From a virus, in IMG/VR virus record IMGVR_UViG_3300010400_000005, positions 7,352 through 71,351 of that record: a stretch of DNA of 64,000 bases. One strand, 5' to 3'. Below are positions 29,544 through 39,090 of the stretch, in pieces (position 1 is the first letter of the stretch; each line of letters starts with the position of its first letter). The notes below the pieces were generated by a model. The model saw nothing but the letters and a program-made list of their open reading frames with translations. It was not told where the DNA came from and made no database searches. Both the position numbers and the translations under genes were made by a program.

Positions 29544-29831
29544 ATGTGGAACAAAGAACCAACCGTTATTATAAATGGTTTATCTGAACTACTAAGACAG
29601 ATTATTCCTTTGTTAGTTTTAATGGGAGTAATTAAACTTTCACCAGAGAAGCAAGCTGGATTAATTTCTATTATAGGATTAATTCTAGCTTTTATCTCAA
29701 CCACTTTGCTTAGATCACAAGTAGTTTCAACTGGTATTGCAAATTCACAAATACAAACAGGTATTGATGCTTCACCTAGAGCTACTGTGAAAGAAGTAAT
29801 AGCCATTGAAAAGGAGAATAGAGAAGGATGA
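29544..29831 (+). CDS. Putative holin
   Basis: AGGAGG RBS; two TM segments and charged C-terminus; KEP start typical of small holins. Confidence 0.6.
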   Translation: MWNKEPTVIINGLSELLRQIIPLLVLMGVIKLSPEKQAGLISIIGLILAFISTTLLRSQVVSTGIANSQIQTGIDASPRATVKEVIAIEKENREG

Positions 29832-30292
29832 TTACTAAAAGAAAATTTATCTCTTTAATTTTATTGTTGGTAATTGCATATGGAGGCTTGGGTGCAGGTA
29901 GTTGTGATTCCAGCAAAACGCGACAATTAACAAAAGCAGAGGACACAATTGCTGAGAGTGAACTAAGAATTGCTACTTTTCTAACTGAAGCAAAAGCTAG
30001 TGGTACCCTATCACAAAATGACATTAATGCAATTAAGCCATTTCTAATTGCAGTTAATGATGGAAATAGGGAAGCTATTGTTATTACGAAAGAAATACTA
30101 GCAAATCCTACTGTAGACAAACAACAGCAATTACTAGCTGTTGTTTCTACTATCTCTAACAATCTTGTTAGATTGAATAATGAGGGAAGTTTAAGGATAA
30201 AAGATCCCGCTAAACGTCTTGCATTTAGTGGATTTGTAATTGCATTACAAGGTGCAGTTTCATCGGCAGTTGTTATTCTTGTAAAGAAATGA
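29828..30292 (+). CDS. Lipoprotein (possible spanin)
   Basis: Basic N-terminus, hydrophobic core, lipobox-like AGS-C; hydrophobic C-terminus. Confidence 0.6.
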   Translation: MITKRKFISLILLLVIAYGGLGAGSCDSSKTRQLTKAEDTIAESELRIATFLTEAKASGTLSQNDINAIKPFLIAVNDGNREAIVITKEILANPTVDKQQQLLAVVSTISNNLVRLNNEGSLRIKDPAKRLAFSGFVIALQGAVSSAVVILVKK

Positions 30293-30303
30293 AGGAGTGA
30301 GAT

Positions 30304-30483
30304 ATGACAGTTGAAGAACTTGAGAGAATTACTAGATTAATGGCTTTGGTGCAATTGGGAGCTAAAGAACTAATGTTGCTAATTGCTAGGTTAAGAGAGC
30401 AAGGTGGAGAAACAGATGAGCAAATCCTAGCCCATGCAGAAAAAGCAAATGCAGAGGCTAGGAAGTTGATTGATGCTCTTTAG
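30304..30483 (+). CDS. Small helical protein, last gene of the + block (not in ORF track)
   Basis: AAGGAG RBS; MTVEELERITRLMALVQLG..KLIDAL*, 59 aa; stop overlaps the stop of the convergent gene. Confidence 0.6.
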   Translation: MTVEELERITRLMALVQLGAKELMLLIARLREQGGETDEQILAHAEKANAEARKLIDAL

Positions 30484-30689
30484 ACATTGTTTTTTAAAGT
30501 TACTTGATCAATGGGAGCTAATACTAATCTTTGTCCTACTTCCAGATTTCCAATTAGCATAGTGGCTGGAATTAGATTCATAGATTGTGGAGTTCCCAAT
30601 TGATCAAATATTGTTATTTCTACCATTAATGGGCGTTCGCTGCCTAATGCGCGGTGAATTTTTGTTATAACTATGCTAAGACGATTCAT
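30480..30689 (-). CDS. Hypothetical protein
   Basis: 69-aa ORF coupled to upstream gene. Confidence 0.5.
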   Translation of the reverse strand: MNRLSIVITKIHRALGSERPLMVEITIFDQLGTPQSMNLIPATMLIGNLEVGQRLVLAPIDQVTLKNNV

Positions 30690-30946
30690 TTAATTTCCTC
30701 AACAATCTTAGAAATTTCCTCAACAGTCAGTCCAAGTTCCCATAACAGGTAGAACAGGGCTTTCTTTAAATCTTCTCTTCCATTTTTATCTTTATATCTA
30801 GCAGCATATTTAATTACGTTTCCTATTGGAAAATTTAAATCATATTGTTTAATTAAATATATCGGCGAAGCTTGTCCTGCTTTTGAATAATGATTTGGTA
30901 GAACTGGATCGTCTTTTCTCCTTCCTTTCCTTCTCTTTTCTATCAT
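30686..30946 (-). CDS. DUF3310-family protein
   Basis: PNHY..F.IGNVIKY..RY..KNG.EDLKKA.FYL signature. Confidence 0.85.
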   Translation of the reverse strand: MIEKRRKGRRKDDPVLPNHYSKAGQASPIYLIKQYDLNFPIGNVIKYAARYKDKNGREDLKKALFYLLWELGLTVEEISKIVEEIK

Positions 30947-31296
30947 TGTAATTCTCCTTGTGTATTTACAAATCGAATTTGAATTGCTAAACTCTCTGCA
31001 ATTTTCATTTCTTCTCTAATTCCAGTAGATGTATTCCATCCATCAATTGTAAGAATCCACATTTGATCACAACGAGACAGCATTTTACTGTCAAACTTTC
31101 TCCAAAACTCAAAAGCACAATCTTCAGTTCGATTTTCATGCAAAAGAACTACTGGATGATTATGCACTATTGGAGAATAAACAATCAAGCCTTGTTCAAT
31201 TATTAACTTTGCAGTAATTTCTAATACTTTCTCATATCTTTGTTTTCTAATATTAGGATCTACATGCGAATAAGATGATGCTAGATATATTAACAT
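30943..31296 (-). CDS. DUF1937 / nucleoside 2-deoxyribosyltransferase-like protein
   Basis: LIYLASSYSH..VYSPIVHNH..FW..FD..ML..CD..W..STGI.EE. Confidence 0.75.
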   Translation of the reverse strand: MLIYLASSYSHVDPNIRKQRYEKVLEITAKLIIEQGLIVYSPIVHNHPVVLLHENRTEDCAFEFWRKFDSKMLSRCDQMWILTIDGWNTSTGIREEMKIAESLAIQIRFVNTQGELQ

Positions 31297-31310
31297 TTAT
31301 TTTTCCTTAT

Positions 31311-31616
31311 TTATGTTACTCTTCTTGTATCCTCAAACTTTTTCATAGCTAAAGCAATTTCAAATGCTCCACGTAATTTTTCCTCTGTTGCAGAAAAAAG
31401 ATTTTCTTTTATCCACTCCATTATAATGGTAGGGCTAGTTTCATCTAAAGCTCTTAATACGAAAATTAATTCATCATCAAAAGCTTTCTTTAAAACTTCG
31501 TTAGATTTTTTTGTTTGTGCTGGAAAGTGAAACTTATAAAGTTCAATTACTTCTTCTTTAGTAAAATTGTTCTTTTTTGTCATATTATTGAATATCCTGT
31601 ATTTTTGGCAATACAA
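31311..31616 (-). CDS. Hypothetical protein (probable start 31583)
   Basis: DELIFVLRALD motif seen in phage hypotheticals. Confidence 0.5.
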   Translation of the reverse strand: MYCQKYRIFNNMTKKNNFTKEEVIELYKFHFPAQTKKSNEVLKKAFDDELIFVLRALDETSPTIIMEWIKENLFSATEEKLRGAFEIALAMKKFEDTRRVT

Positions 31617-31941
31617 TTTCTAATTTATGCTTTAACCCACTAATTAATTCTATTAATTCGCTTCTATCTTCTGTCTGTAAAAGACTAAACGTACCAGTTA
31701 CTACATCAAATGAAACAAGTTTTAAATAAAAGTCTAGTAGCCATTCATATTCTTTATTCATATTTTAAGTTCCTCTACTTTTGTTCTACGTAATCCCACT
31801 TTTGAGTATTTATAATTAGTTTAATTACATATTTATTGTCAATTTTATTTTTAAAAACTAATTCTCCACGAGAACCAATTTCCATTTTATCTGCACTTAT
31901 TGTTCTAGGTGTCCTGTTTTTAATTCCAACTTCATATACTG

Positions 31942-34900
31942 TCATATCTTAAGTTCCTTCATACCATCTGGATTATTTGTTTCATGGAATGGTCCCCAAT
32001 TTCGGCCATATTTCATTTCTACCTGTGTAATAAGTCCTTCAGGCGCTACAGAATTCTTTAAATATCTTGCAGGTCTGCTCATAACCTCTTTAATAACTCC
32101 TGCTGCTATTTCTACTTTATCTTCATCAACTTCAAAAGTTAAATCATCATGTATTTCATTTACTAAACCAAACTCTCTAACATAATTTCTGATAATTCCA
32201 TCCTTTTGATATTCCCATAGGTCACGCATGGCTTCTTTTTTCTTTCCAAACGCGTCATTAGCAGGAAGGAAAGCTATTGCTTTATTAGTATCATTACCTT
32301 GTCTTACATGATATAATCTTCCCTTACTTCTAACTAATCTTTCGCCCAATCTCATTGATTTTGGCGGCGCATATACTAATCTCCAATCAAACACATCATT
32401 GAACCATCTTATGTAACCATACCTAGAAATTAAATATTCATCTCTGTCTGCTCTTTCTAATATATTTTTGTGGAAATCAACAAATGTTTTTGGGAATAGA
32501 TTTCTTATTATTTCAATTAATTTCTCACAAGCTTTAACGTCAGGAAATGAATAGCGATTTAATTTATAAAACTTATGTTCACGCATTCCAAAACCCATGC
32601 CTAAGATAGCTGGTTTGGCTTGCGAATTTCGCGTAAATTCAAAGTTCTTTTTAATCCACTTTAATTGACCCCCTAATTCTTCATCAGACAAAGCTAACCA
32701 CTGTTGCAAATTTTTAAGTCTATTAAGTGTTTCTTCATATTTAGCAACTTTGGCAATCCAAGCTTCATGTGTTAACTTATCAGGTTTTTTCGCACGAACT
32801 TTAGCAAACTTCATTGGAAGTTCTTCTGCTAAAATATAAGCTGCTACGTAAGAGTGTACATCTAATCTTACTAATCTCATGTATTCAGCATCTTCAGCTT
32901 CAAACCCTAAAGTTAATGCGTGAAATGCTGACCAATCTCCTGATAATAATAATTTTCCTGCTCCTGCACAGATTGTTTTTCTAAATTGATTAGCGAGTTC
33001 CTTGTAGCCCGGAGAACTAAATCTAGTACCTCTAGCTGGTGCATTATGGATCTTACTAGACAACTGACCTGTTGCAGGAATTGGCAAAAAGTCTGCATGA
33101 ATTCGATTGTCTTTGGAGACAACCCATCCTTTTCGTTTTGAATCGACATAAGTTGATTTTAATTTCCTCAATTCTCTAGCATAAACTATATATTCAAATA
33201 ATTTATCACCAGTGCTATCGAATAACTCACTAATTTTATCTTTAGTAGTAGTAGGTTTATCACCTTTCCGAAAATCTCTAGTAGTTGGAACTTTATATCC
33301 TTTATATTCTATATACTTAATAGTTTGCTGTGGTGATCCGGGCTTATACTTCTCCATTCTACACCAGCGTTTTTCCATTTCACCAGCAATATTAAACTCA
33401 TGGAGTACTAAACCAGTAGTATCTATTTCCTTGGTAACAACAGTTCCATCTCTTTTTCTAGATTGTCTTACTCTAGAATTTTGTTCTATATATCTTGCCA
33501 GATATTTTTGATAATTCTCTGCATCTCCAAAAATTATATATTGATTACCACTACCATTAGTATTTGGCTTTCTATAAAGTTCATTAAATTTAATAGTAAG
33601 ATCAGTTATTTCCTTTGGAACAAATTTATAACCTTCAGATGGAGTTACCTTTCTTAATTGAAAAGGATACAGTTCTTGAATAGCTTTATTAGTTTTTCTA
33701 ATTTCACTAACAAGCATCTTCCGCATTTCTTCTCTAGCTTCCATGTCTATTGGTAAACCTCTAGCAGTCATGTCGAGAAGAATTGGGCGAAGATTCACTA
33801 TATCATCTATGTAGCCTTCGTATAAAGATTTAGTTTCTGGTAAGAATCTCTTATTCTTTAAAGTTGGAGTTAATCCATTATCAATTCTTTTTACACTATC
33901 AACATCTATACAACCATATTCTTTTGGATCACTTTCTGATCTATGTTTCCATGCTGGTAATTCTGGCGCGAAGAAATTAGCAGCAAATTGTAATGCTCTT
34001 CCTACTTTAACAAAATCTGGATTAGCATGTTTCCACTCCCACATTAAGTCTAAGTTTAAGCCTTTAACGCAACCTTTTCCTAAATGATATTCTAAGTTTG
34101 TCTGATCAAATCTCCAGTTATTCCAGCCTAGCTTAGTATTCGGAAGAGAAAGTATTTTGGCTGCGATATTCGTAAAATCTGCTCCATCCCAGCTAAGAAA
34201 TATCCCCTTTCCACTTTCACATGAAAATTGAATCGAATTGATATCTCTGACCTCGATATTTTCATATTCAATTTCAGTCTCATCTGTTTCCAAAATTGTA
34301 TCGGGTGTTTCAATATCATAGGATATTGCAAGGTTAGAGTTACGTCTGCATATTTCATAGAATTCATTGGCCTGCTCCAAAGTTGGATCTAAAATATAAT
34401 CATGCTTAAAAGGAAACTCAATTCCTTTTGCTATTTGCATTGCATGAAATACATCTCTCTTTAACACGTGGAGCAATAATCTTTCCCCACGAGCAATAAA
34501 AGAGGGATGGATAGTGCTAACAATAGGAATACCAAGGATGCTATTAAATGTATAACCTCTAAGCGAAGTAGATCCAAGTTTTTTAAGTTGCTTTTTATTC
34601 TTCTCAGCTTTAGCATTTTTAACTAGCTCCCCAATTTCAGGACATAAATATCGTAGGGGAAGATTTCCTAATGCTAGGATACATTTTATTTTTCCATAAT
34701 ACTTTTTAAGAACTTCCTGAAAGTGTACGCGACAATGAATAATAGAAGACTCTTCATATGGCATGTTTTCTAGAAGATTATTAGGAGGTTGACAAGCTAT
34801 TAAATTCCATAAGAGAAAATCTAATCTATCGGTTTGTGCAACTCCTTGTCTTTCTAATCTTCTAAATACAGTTTGTAGAACGCTACCAGATTCGGCGTAT

Positions 34901-35055
34901 GGGCGCAAAGGAAGTCCATCTTGTTTCTCTTTAGATCCTAAAGCTTCGCCTATTATCATTACACCATTTGTACAATTACCTTCTGGGCGTGAAAATCCAC
35001 CTTGCTGATAACCATAGAGAGAACAACCAAAACAGGTCGGTGGCTTAGAAAGCAC
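31942..35055 (-). CDS. polA: Family A DNA polymerase with N-terminal uracil-DNA-glycosylase-like domain
   Basis: CxxC..IGEALG..N...CQPP.N..C..LG..HPS (family-4 UDG fold); YDIET (ExoI); TG.LSS, GDWS, R....K......FG and IHDD polymerase motifs. Confidence 0.9.
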   Translation of the reverse strand: MLSKPPTCFGCSLYGYQQGGFSRPEGNCTNGVMIIGEALGSKEKQDGLPLRPYAESGSVLQTVFRRLERQGVAQTDRLDFLLWNLIACQPPNNLLENMPYEESSIIHCRVHFQEVLKKYYGKIKCILALGNLPLRYLCPEIGELVKNAKAEKNKKQLKKLGSTSLRGYTFNSILGIPIVSTIHPSFIARGERLLLHVLKRDVFHAMQIAKGIEFPFKHDYILDPTLEQANEFYEICRRNSNLAISYDIETPDTILETDETEIEYENIEVRDINSIQFSCESGKGIFLSWDGADFTNIAAKILSLPNTKLGWNNWRFDQTNLEYHLGKGCVKGLNLDLMWEWKHANPDFVKVGRALQFAANFFAPELPAWKHRSESDPKEYGCIDVDSVKRIDNGLTPTLKNKRFLPETKSLYEGYIDDIVNLRPILLDMTARGLPIDMEAREEMRKMLVSEIRKTNKAIQELYPFQLRKVTPSEGYKFVPKEITDLTIKFNELYRKPNTNGSGNQYIIFGDAENYQKYLARYIEQNSRVRQSRKRDGTVVTKEIDTTGLVLHEFNIAGEMEKRWCRMEKYKPGSPQQTIKYIEYKGYKVPTTRDFRKGDKPTTTKDKISELFDSTGDKLFEYIVYARELRKLKSTYVDSKRKGWVVSKDNRIHADFLPIPATGQLSSKIHNAPARGTRFSSPGYKELANQFRKTICAGAGKLLLSGDWSAFHALTLGFEAEDAEYMRLVRLDVHSYVAAYILAEELPMKFAKVRAKKPDKLTHEAWIAKVAKYEETLNRLKNLQQWLALSDEELGGQLKWIKKNFEFTRNSQAKPAILGMGFGMREHKFYKLNRYSFPDVKACEKLIEIIRNLFPKTFVDFHKNILERADRDEYLISRYGYIRWFNDVFDWRLVYAPPKSMRLGERLVRSKGRLYHVRQGNDTNKAIAFLPANDAFGKKKEAMRDLWEYQKDGIIRNYVREFGLVNEIHDDLTFEVDEDKVEIAAGVIKEVMSRPARYLKNSVAPEGLITQVEMKYGRNWGPFHETNNPDGMKELKI

Positions 35056-35797
35056 TATTTTCTACCTCCGCTTGCAATTTGTCTGCAAAATCTATTGCCT
35101 CCTGTTTTGAACTGCATGTTTTCCAAATTCTTTTCTTTCCTATTCTCTGATTTACAATCCATCTAGACCAGCCTTTTCGATAAAAAATATTATCTCTAAA
35201 GTTTCTTTTTTCTCGTGGAAATGGTGTTATTATATTATCAAATGTTAATCCTATTATTTTTTGTTTTATGGAGCCAGCTATAGCTAATTCATCATCAAGC
35301 TCACCAATCATAATTCCATTTAAATATGTGTCAATAGCAAGTAAATGTAACAAGATCCTAAAATTTTCTGCTTCTTCCTTAGTAATAAATCCTTTTATGT
35401 AAATTTTATTATTAATTCTAATTTGTGCATACCATTTATTTTCTTTCTTAGCAAATGCTAATCCAACCCTTCTTCTTATAGAAGTTAATAATTTGTTTTG
35501 TTGCTTTGTTGTAATCTGTAAATTTTCGCGTCTATTATCTAATCCATTATTAGCAATATGATCAACTTCTTGAATAGCTTTATCAGTTCTTTTACAGATG
35601 AGACTATGTAACATTATTATTCTATTGTTGATACTGGTATAAGCATATTTATTATGTCCATTATCAGCAATATGCCATAATTTATACTTGTTAATTCTAT
35701 CAAGATCATCAACATCTATAACAGTCCAATATGGCTCATTCTTACACATAAGTTTTATAAAGACATAATCACCTGAAATATAGAAATCATTTGTCAT
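35045..35797 (-). CDS. HNH-AP2-type homing endonuclease
   Basis: LHSLI..EVDHI.NNGLDNRRENL followed by KWYAQIR..F.TKEEA AP2-like repeats. Confidence 0.85.
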   Translation of the reverse strand: MTNDFYISGDYVFIKLMCKNEPYWTVIDVDDLDRINKYKLWHIADNGHNKYAYTSINNRIIMLHSLICKRTDKAIQEVDHIANNGLDNRRENLQITTKQQNKLLTSIRRRVGLAFAKKENKWYAQIRINNKIYIKGFITKEEAENFRILLHLLAIDTYLNGIMIGELDDELAIAGSIKQKIIGLTFDNIITPFPREKRNFRDNIFYRKGWSRWIVNQRIGKKRIWKTCSSKQEAIDFADKLQAEVENSAF

Positions 35798-35807
35798 CTA
35801 TTATATC

Positions 35808-36181
35808 CTATTTATTATATTTATCGTAAATCTGTTCAAGTTTTTCAATCTGTAAATCAGTTAAATAACCATCATCTGCATATAAATTAGTTGCTACATC
35901 GCCCTGAGTATCTAAAAATTCTTCTTCAAAAGTATTAAAATCTATCTCTCCTACGTTATATGCATTAACCAGCCAATCATATTTGTCAATTAATTCTTTT
36001 CTAGTTTCTGTTGCCATTCTATTCCTATATTCCCTTCTACTATAACTTCTAAGTCTGGATCTACATATCGTTCTACGAATTCAACGTCTGATTTAGCATA
36101 ACATTTGTTAATTTTTTCCCATATAAATCTTCCATCTGGAAATATAAACTTGTCATTAATTTTTAGATCTTTGAATTTCAT
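35808..36181 (-). CDS. Two small hypothetical ORFs (35808-36017, 35990-36181)
   Basis: Overlapping co-oriented ORFs. Confidence 0.5.
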
Positions 36182-36570
36182 TATAGATTATCTCTCAATT
36201 TCATTGGATAACGTTCTATTATGTTAGTTGCTTGATTGTAAACATGTGTTGTTATTCCTTTTTTAATTGATAATTCAATAGTATTCTTAGATCCATTAGA
36301 AAATCCATCCCAAATTATAATTGCTGCTTCTGCATAATCAACCATTTGCTTATTTCTTTTAAACCCTGCACTTTTTCCATATAGACCCCAACGTGGTCTG
36401 AAATATTGTATAGGAACATTGTTCAATCTAGCAAAAGTTTGTCCTAGTTTATCAACACCGTTTGCCAATCCACAAACAATCTCTGTTAGTTCTATATTAG
36501 AATTTCTTATATGATACTCTACAAGATCATAACTTTTTATAGATCTTGAACCTGCAATTATAGTTTTCAT
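36181..36570 (-). CDS. SLOG/YspA-like (DUF2493) protein
   Basis: IIAGSR..IVCG.A.GVD.LG...A..W..YGKSAG..RN.QM..YA....WDG.S.GS. Confidence 0.85.
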   Translation of the reverse strand: MKTIIAGSRSIKSYDLVEYHIRNSNIELTEIVCGLANGVDKLGQTFARLNNVPIQYFRPRWGLYGKSAGFKRNKQMVDYAEAAIIIWDGFSNGSKNTIELSIKKGITTHVYNQATNIIERYPMKLRDNL

Positions 36571-37547
36571 TTTATATCCTCTGGCCTTAATTCAAATACC
36601 TTCATACTATCAAAATCACAAACAATAAATGCTCCCCTTATTCCATTTGAATTTAACATCGTTCGTAATTTAACTAAAGTATCTGGATTAACTCCATCAC
36701 CACCAATAATTCTCTGCGGTTTTGCAACAAATAAGTACATCATGTAAGGCTTAAATTCATAAACATCAACATCTACTGGAGATAATTCTTTAGCTTCCTT
36801 GACTAAAACTCCCTTTTTGCCTATTGCAATTTTTCCTTCTTTAGACTTTGACATTTTTAATCATCGCAAATCTTTTTGCGTGCTCCTTAATTATATATTC
36901 AGCAATTGTTTTTTGTCCCCACATTTGAGCCATTAATGCTGCATTTATTATATGCGCAGGGCCAAAATAAATAGTATCTTCTGATGATGTTGCTCCAGAA
37001 CCAAACGGATTTGCTTTATGTTTATCCACCAGATGATAGAAGAAATCATCACCTGAATTACAAATTTCCCCACACAGAAAACAATCGTAAGCTTTAAATA
37101 AATCTATTGTTCCATCAGGAAACATATTTAACCCTCATTTCGTGCCCCGTAGTAGATTAATTTATGATTACTTAATTTACTTAACTTATTATGTAATGAA
37201 TTAAATGCTTTTTCTGCTTCTAAGTAAGTATCAAACAGTTTTGCTTTAGCAGGATCTAAAAGTGATTGTGCAACAGTTGCACCATCTCCTTCTAATCCCT
37301 TAAAACTATAAACAAAAACATAATTGTGAACAAAATTCATTCGTTTATCATCTAAGTAGACAATTACATTTTTCTCTATATATCGTTTTTCAAAAAAGAC
37401 TGAAACTTTAGTATCTTTGTTTTCTATTCTAAGATTATAGTTCTTAGTAGGAAATATTACATTCCCAAATTGCTCAAAGATTTCACCTTTGAATGGTTCA
37501 CTATATAGATCAATTCCATCTGCAAGTTCCTCATCATCATTAAACAT
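36567..37547 (-). CDS. Three hypothetical ORFs (36567-36854; 36841-37125 with C2H2-like motif; 37128-37547)
   Basis: Tightly packed; CFLC..HLVDKH zinc-finger-like pattern in the middle ORF. Confidence 0.5.
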
Positions 37548-38982
37548 ATTGCATCACACTCTTTTCTGTTTTGATTTTATCAACTAAAGCTGCTTCAGTG
37601 CCAATAATAAACAATCCTTCAGGAGTTCTAGCTCTGCTGATTCCTACATAAGCCATACCGGGTAAGCCGAAATTCCATGTGTTTATATTTATTTGTAGCT
37701 TATCTAAGGATAAACCTTGTGACTTATGAATAGTAGTTGCATAAGCTAATCTCAGAGGATGGTATTCTACTTTACCAATTATCCATTTTTTAGTAAATTG
37801 ATCTACATAAGGAGTAAAATATTTCGTATGGTGCCGTGATTCTGGCTCTTTTCTTGATAGATTCAATAGTGTACGTCTTTTTATGCTTACTTCTTTATTA
37901 TTTCTTTTCAGAAGAATTGTAAATCTATCATCTGATTTGTTATAATCTGTAATAGTTCCACAATCACCATTCACGTAGTCAAAATCTGGACAATTGTTAG
38001 CAAGAATCATCACATAAGCGCCTACTTTAAATCTCATAAGATTTGGAATTTGTGTTTTCCATTCGCCTAATTGCTCGCCTTTTCTAGATGGAATAGAGTT
38101 TATGGTTTCAGCTTGAATCTCCATTAAACGCTTACTATTGTATTCATCTACCAAATCATTCTTACCAATCAAAGTTGTACCATCAAACTTATCAATTACT
38201 TGATTGATAAATTGTACACCACATTCCTTTAATAAAGGTACAGCATTCCTTCCATCACCACTTCGTACCAGATTAATGGCTTCTATAAATTTCTCATTTC
38301 CTTGTCGCCAGACTTTATTCAATCTAATAGTATTTTGTTGAAAAATAGGCCAACAATTAGCCTCTGTTACCATATTTGCTTTAACTGGTGGCAATTGGAG
38401 CAAATCGCCAATTATATGAAATCCTAATTTTCTAGGATTCTTATCTTCGTTAATTTCATTTATAGCATCATAGACTAAATCTAATTGATTTGCATCCATC
38501 ATAGAGATTTCTTCTATACCCAATGCTTGTTTTTCTTCTCTAATATTTCTAAGTATCCAATGCAAGCGTTGATCTATATAGGAATCTCTTAATGAATCTG
38601 TATCGTAGTATTTAAGTAAGGAATTAATTGTTTTAGTATTAAGATTAATAGCAGCAATGCCAGTAGTTGCAGCAAGCTCAATATAAGAAGAATCTTCAAC
38701 ATTACGTTTGTTGATAGTAAATGTCTTTCCACTTCCTGCTGGTCCTGTAATGAATTGGAATTGTGCATCTTTGTTTATGTAAACTCCATTATCTTCTATA
38801 GATGGAATAGTTGCTGCTTTCTCTGGCTGAATTGGCGAATTAACTTCTTCTACTCTGCCTAAAACTTCTCCCTCATATATTTTATCTAAAGGCTCAAATT
38901 TTGGAGGTACACTAATTGATTTAAAATTCTTATCTACTTTCTTAATAATTATAGGAATTGTTTCAAATTTAACTTTTGGCAT
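37540..38982 (-). CDS. PIF1/RecD-like SF1B helicase
   Basis: GPAGSGKT, ATTGIAA, EEISM, GDLLQLPPV, RQ, NGDCG, AYATTIHKSQGLSL, YVGISRAR. Confidence 0.92.
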   Translation of the reverse strand: MPKVKFETIPIIIKKVDKNFKSISVPPKFEPLDKIYEGEVLGRVEEVNSPIQPEKAATIPSIEDNGVYINKDAQFQFITGPAGSGKTFTINKRNVEDSSYIELAATTGIAAINLNTKTINSLLKYYDTDSLRDSYIDQRLHWILRNIREEKQALGIEEISMMDANQLDLVYDAINEINEDKNPRKLGFHIIGDLLQLPPVKANMVTEANCWPIFQQNTIRLNKVWRQGNEKFIEAINLVRSGDGRNAVPLLKECGVQFINQVIDKFDGTTLIGKNDLVDEYNSKRLMEIQAETINSIPSRKGEQLGEWKTQIPNLMRFKVGAYVMILANNCPDFDYVNGDCGTITDYNKSDDRFTILLKRNNKEVSIKRRTLLNLSRKEPESRHHTKYFTPYVDQFTKKWIIGKVEYHPLRLAYATTIHKSQGLSLDKLQININTWNFGLPGMAYVGISRARTPEGLFIIGTEAALVDKIKTEKSVMQYV

Positions 38983-39006
38983 TTTTTTACCTTTCTAATA
39001 AAGAGC

Positions 39007-39087
39007 AGGGAGAGAATTCTATCTTGCCCTTTTGATAGCCTTCCCTCCCCTATCTTGCTAAAATAGCCTCACTACTACTCTAGCAAA
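39007..39087 (-). promoter_or_regulatory. Tandem intergenic RNA hairpins
   Basis: Minus strand ttgctagagtag/ctattttagcaa (12 bp) and aggggagggaa/ttctctcccct (11 bp), both with G-U pairs. Confidence 0.55.
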
Positions 39088-39090
39088 AAA

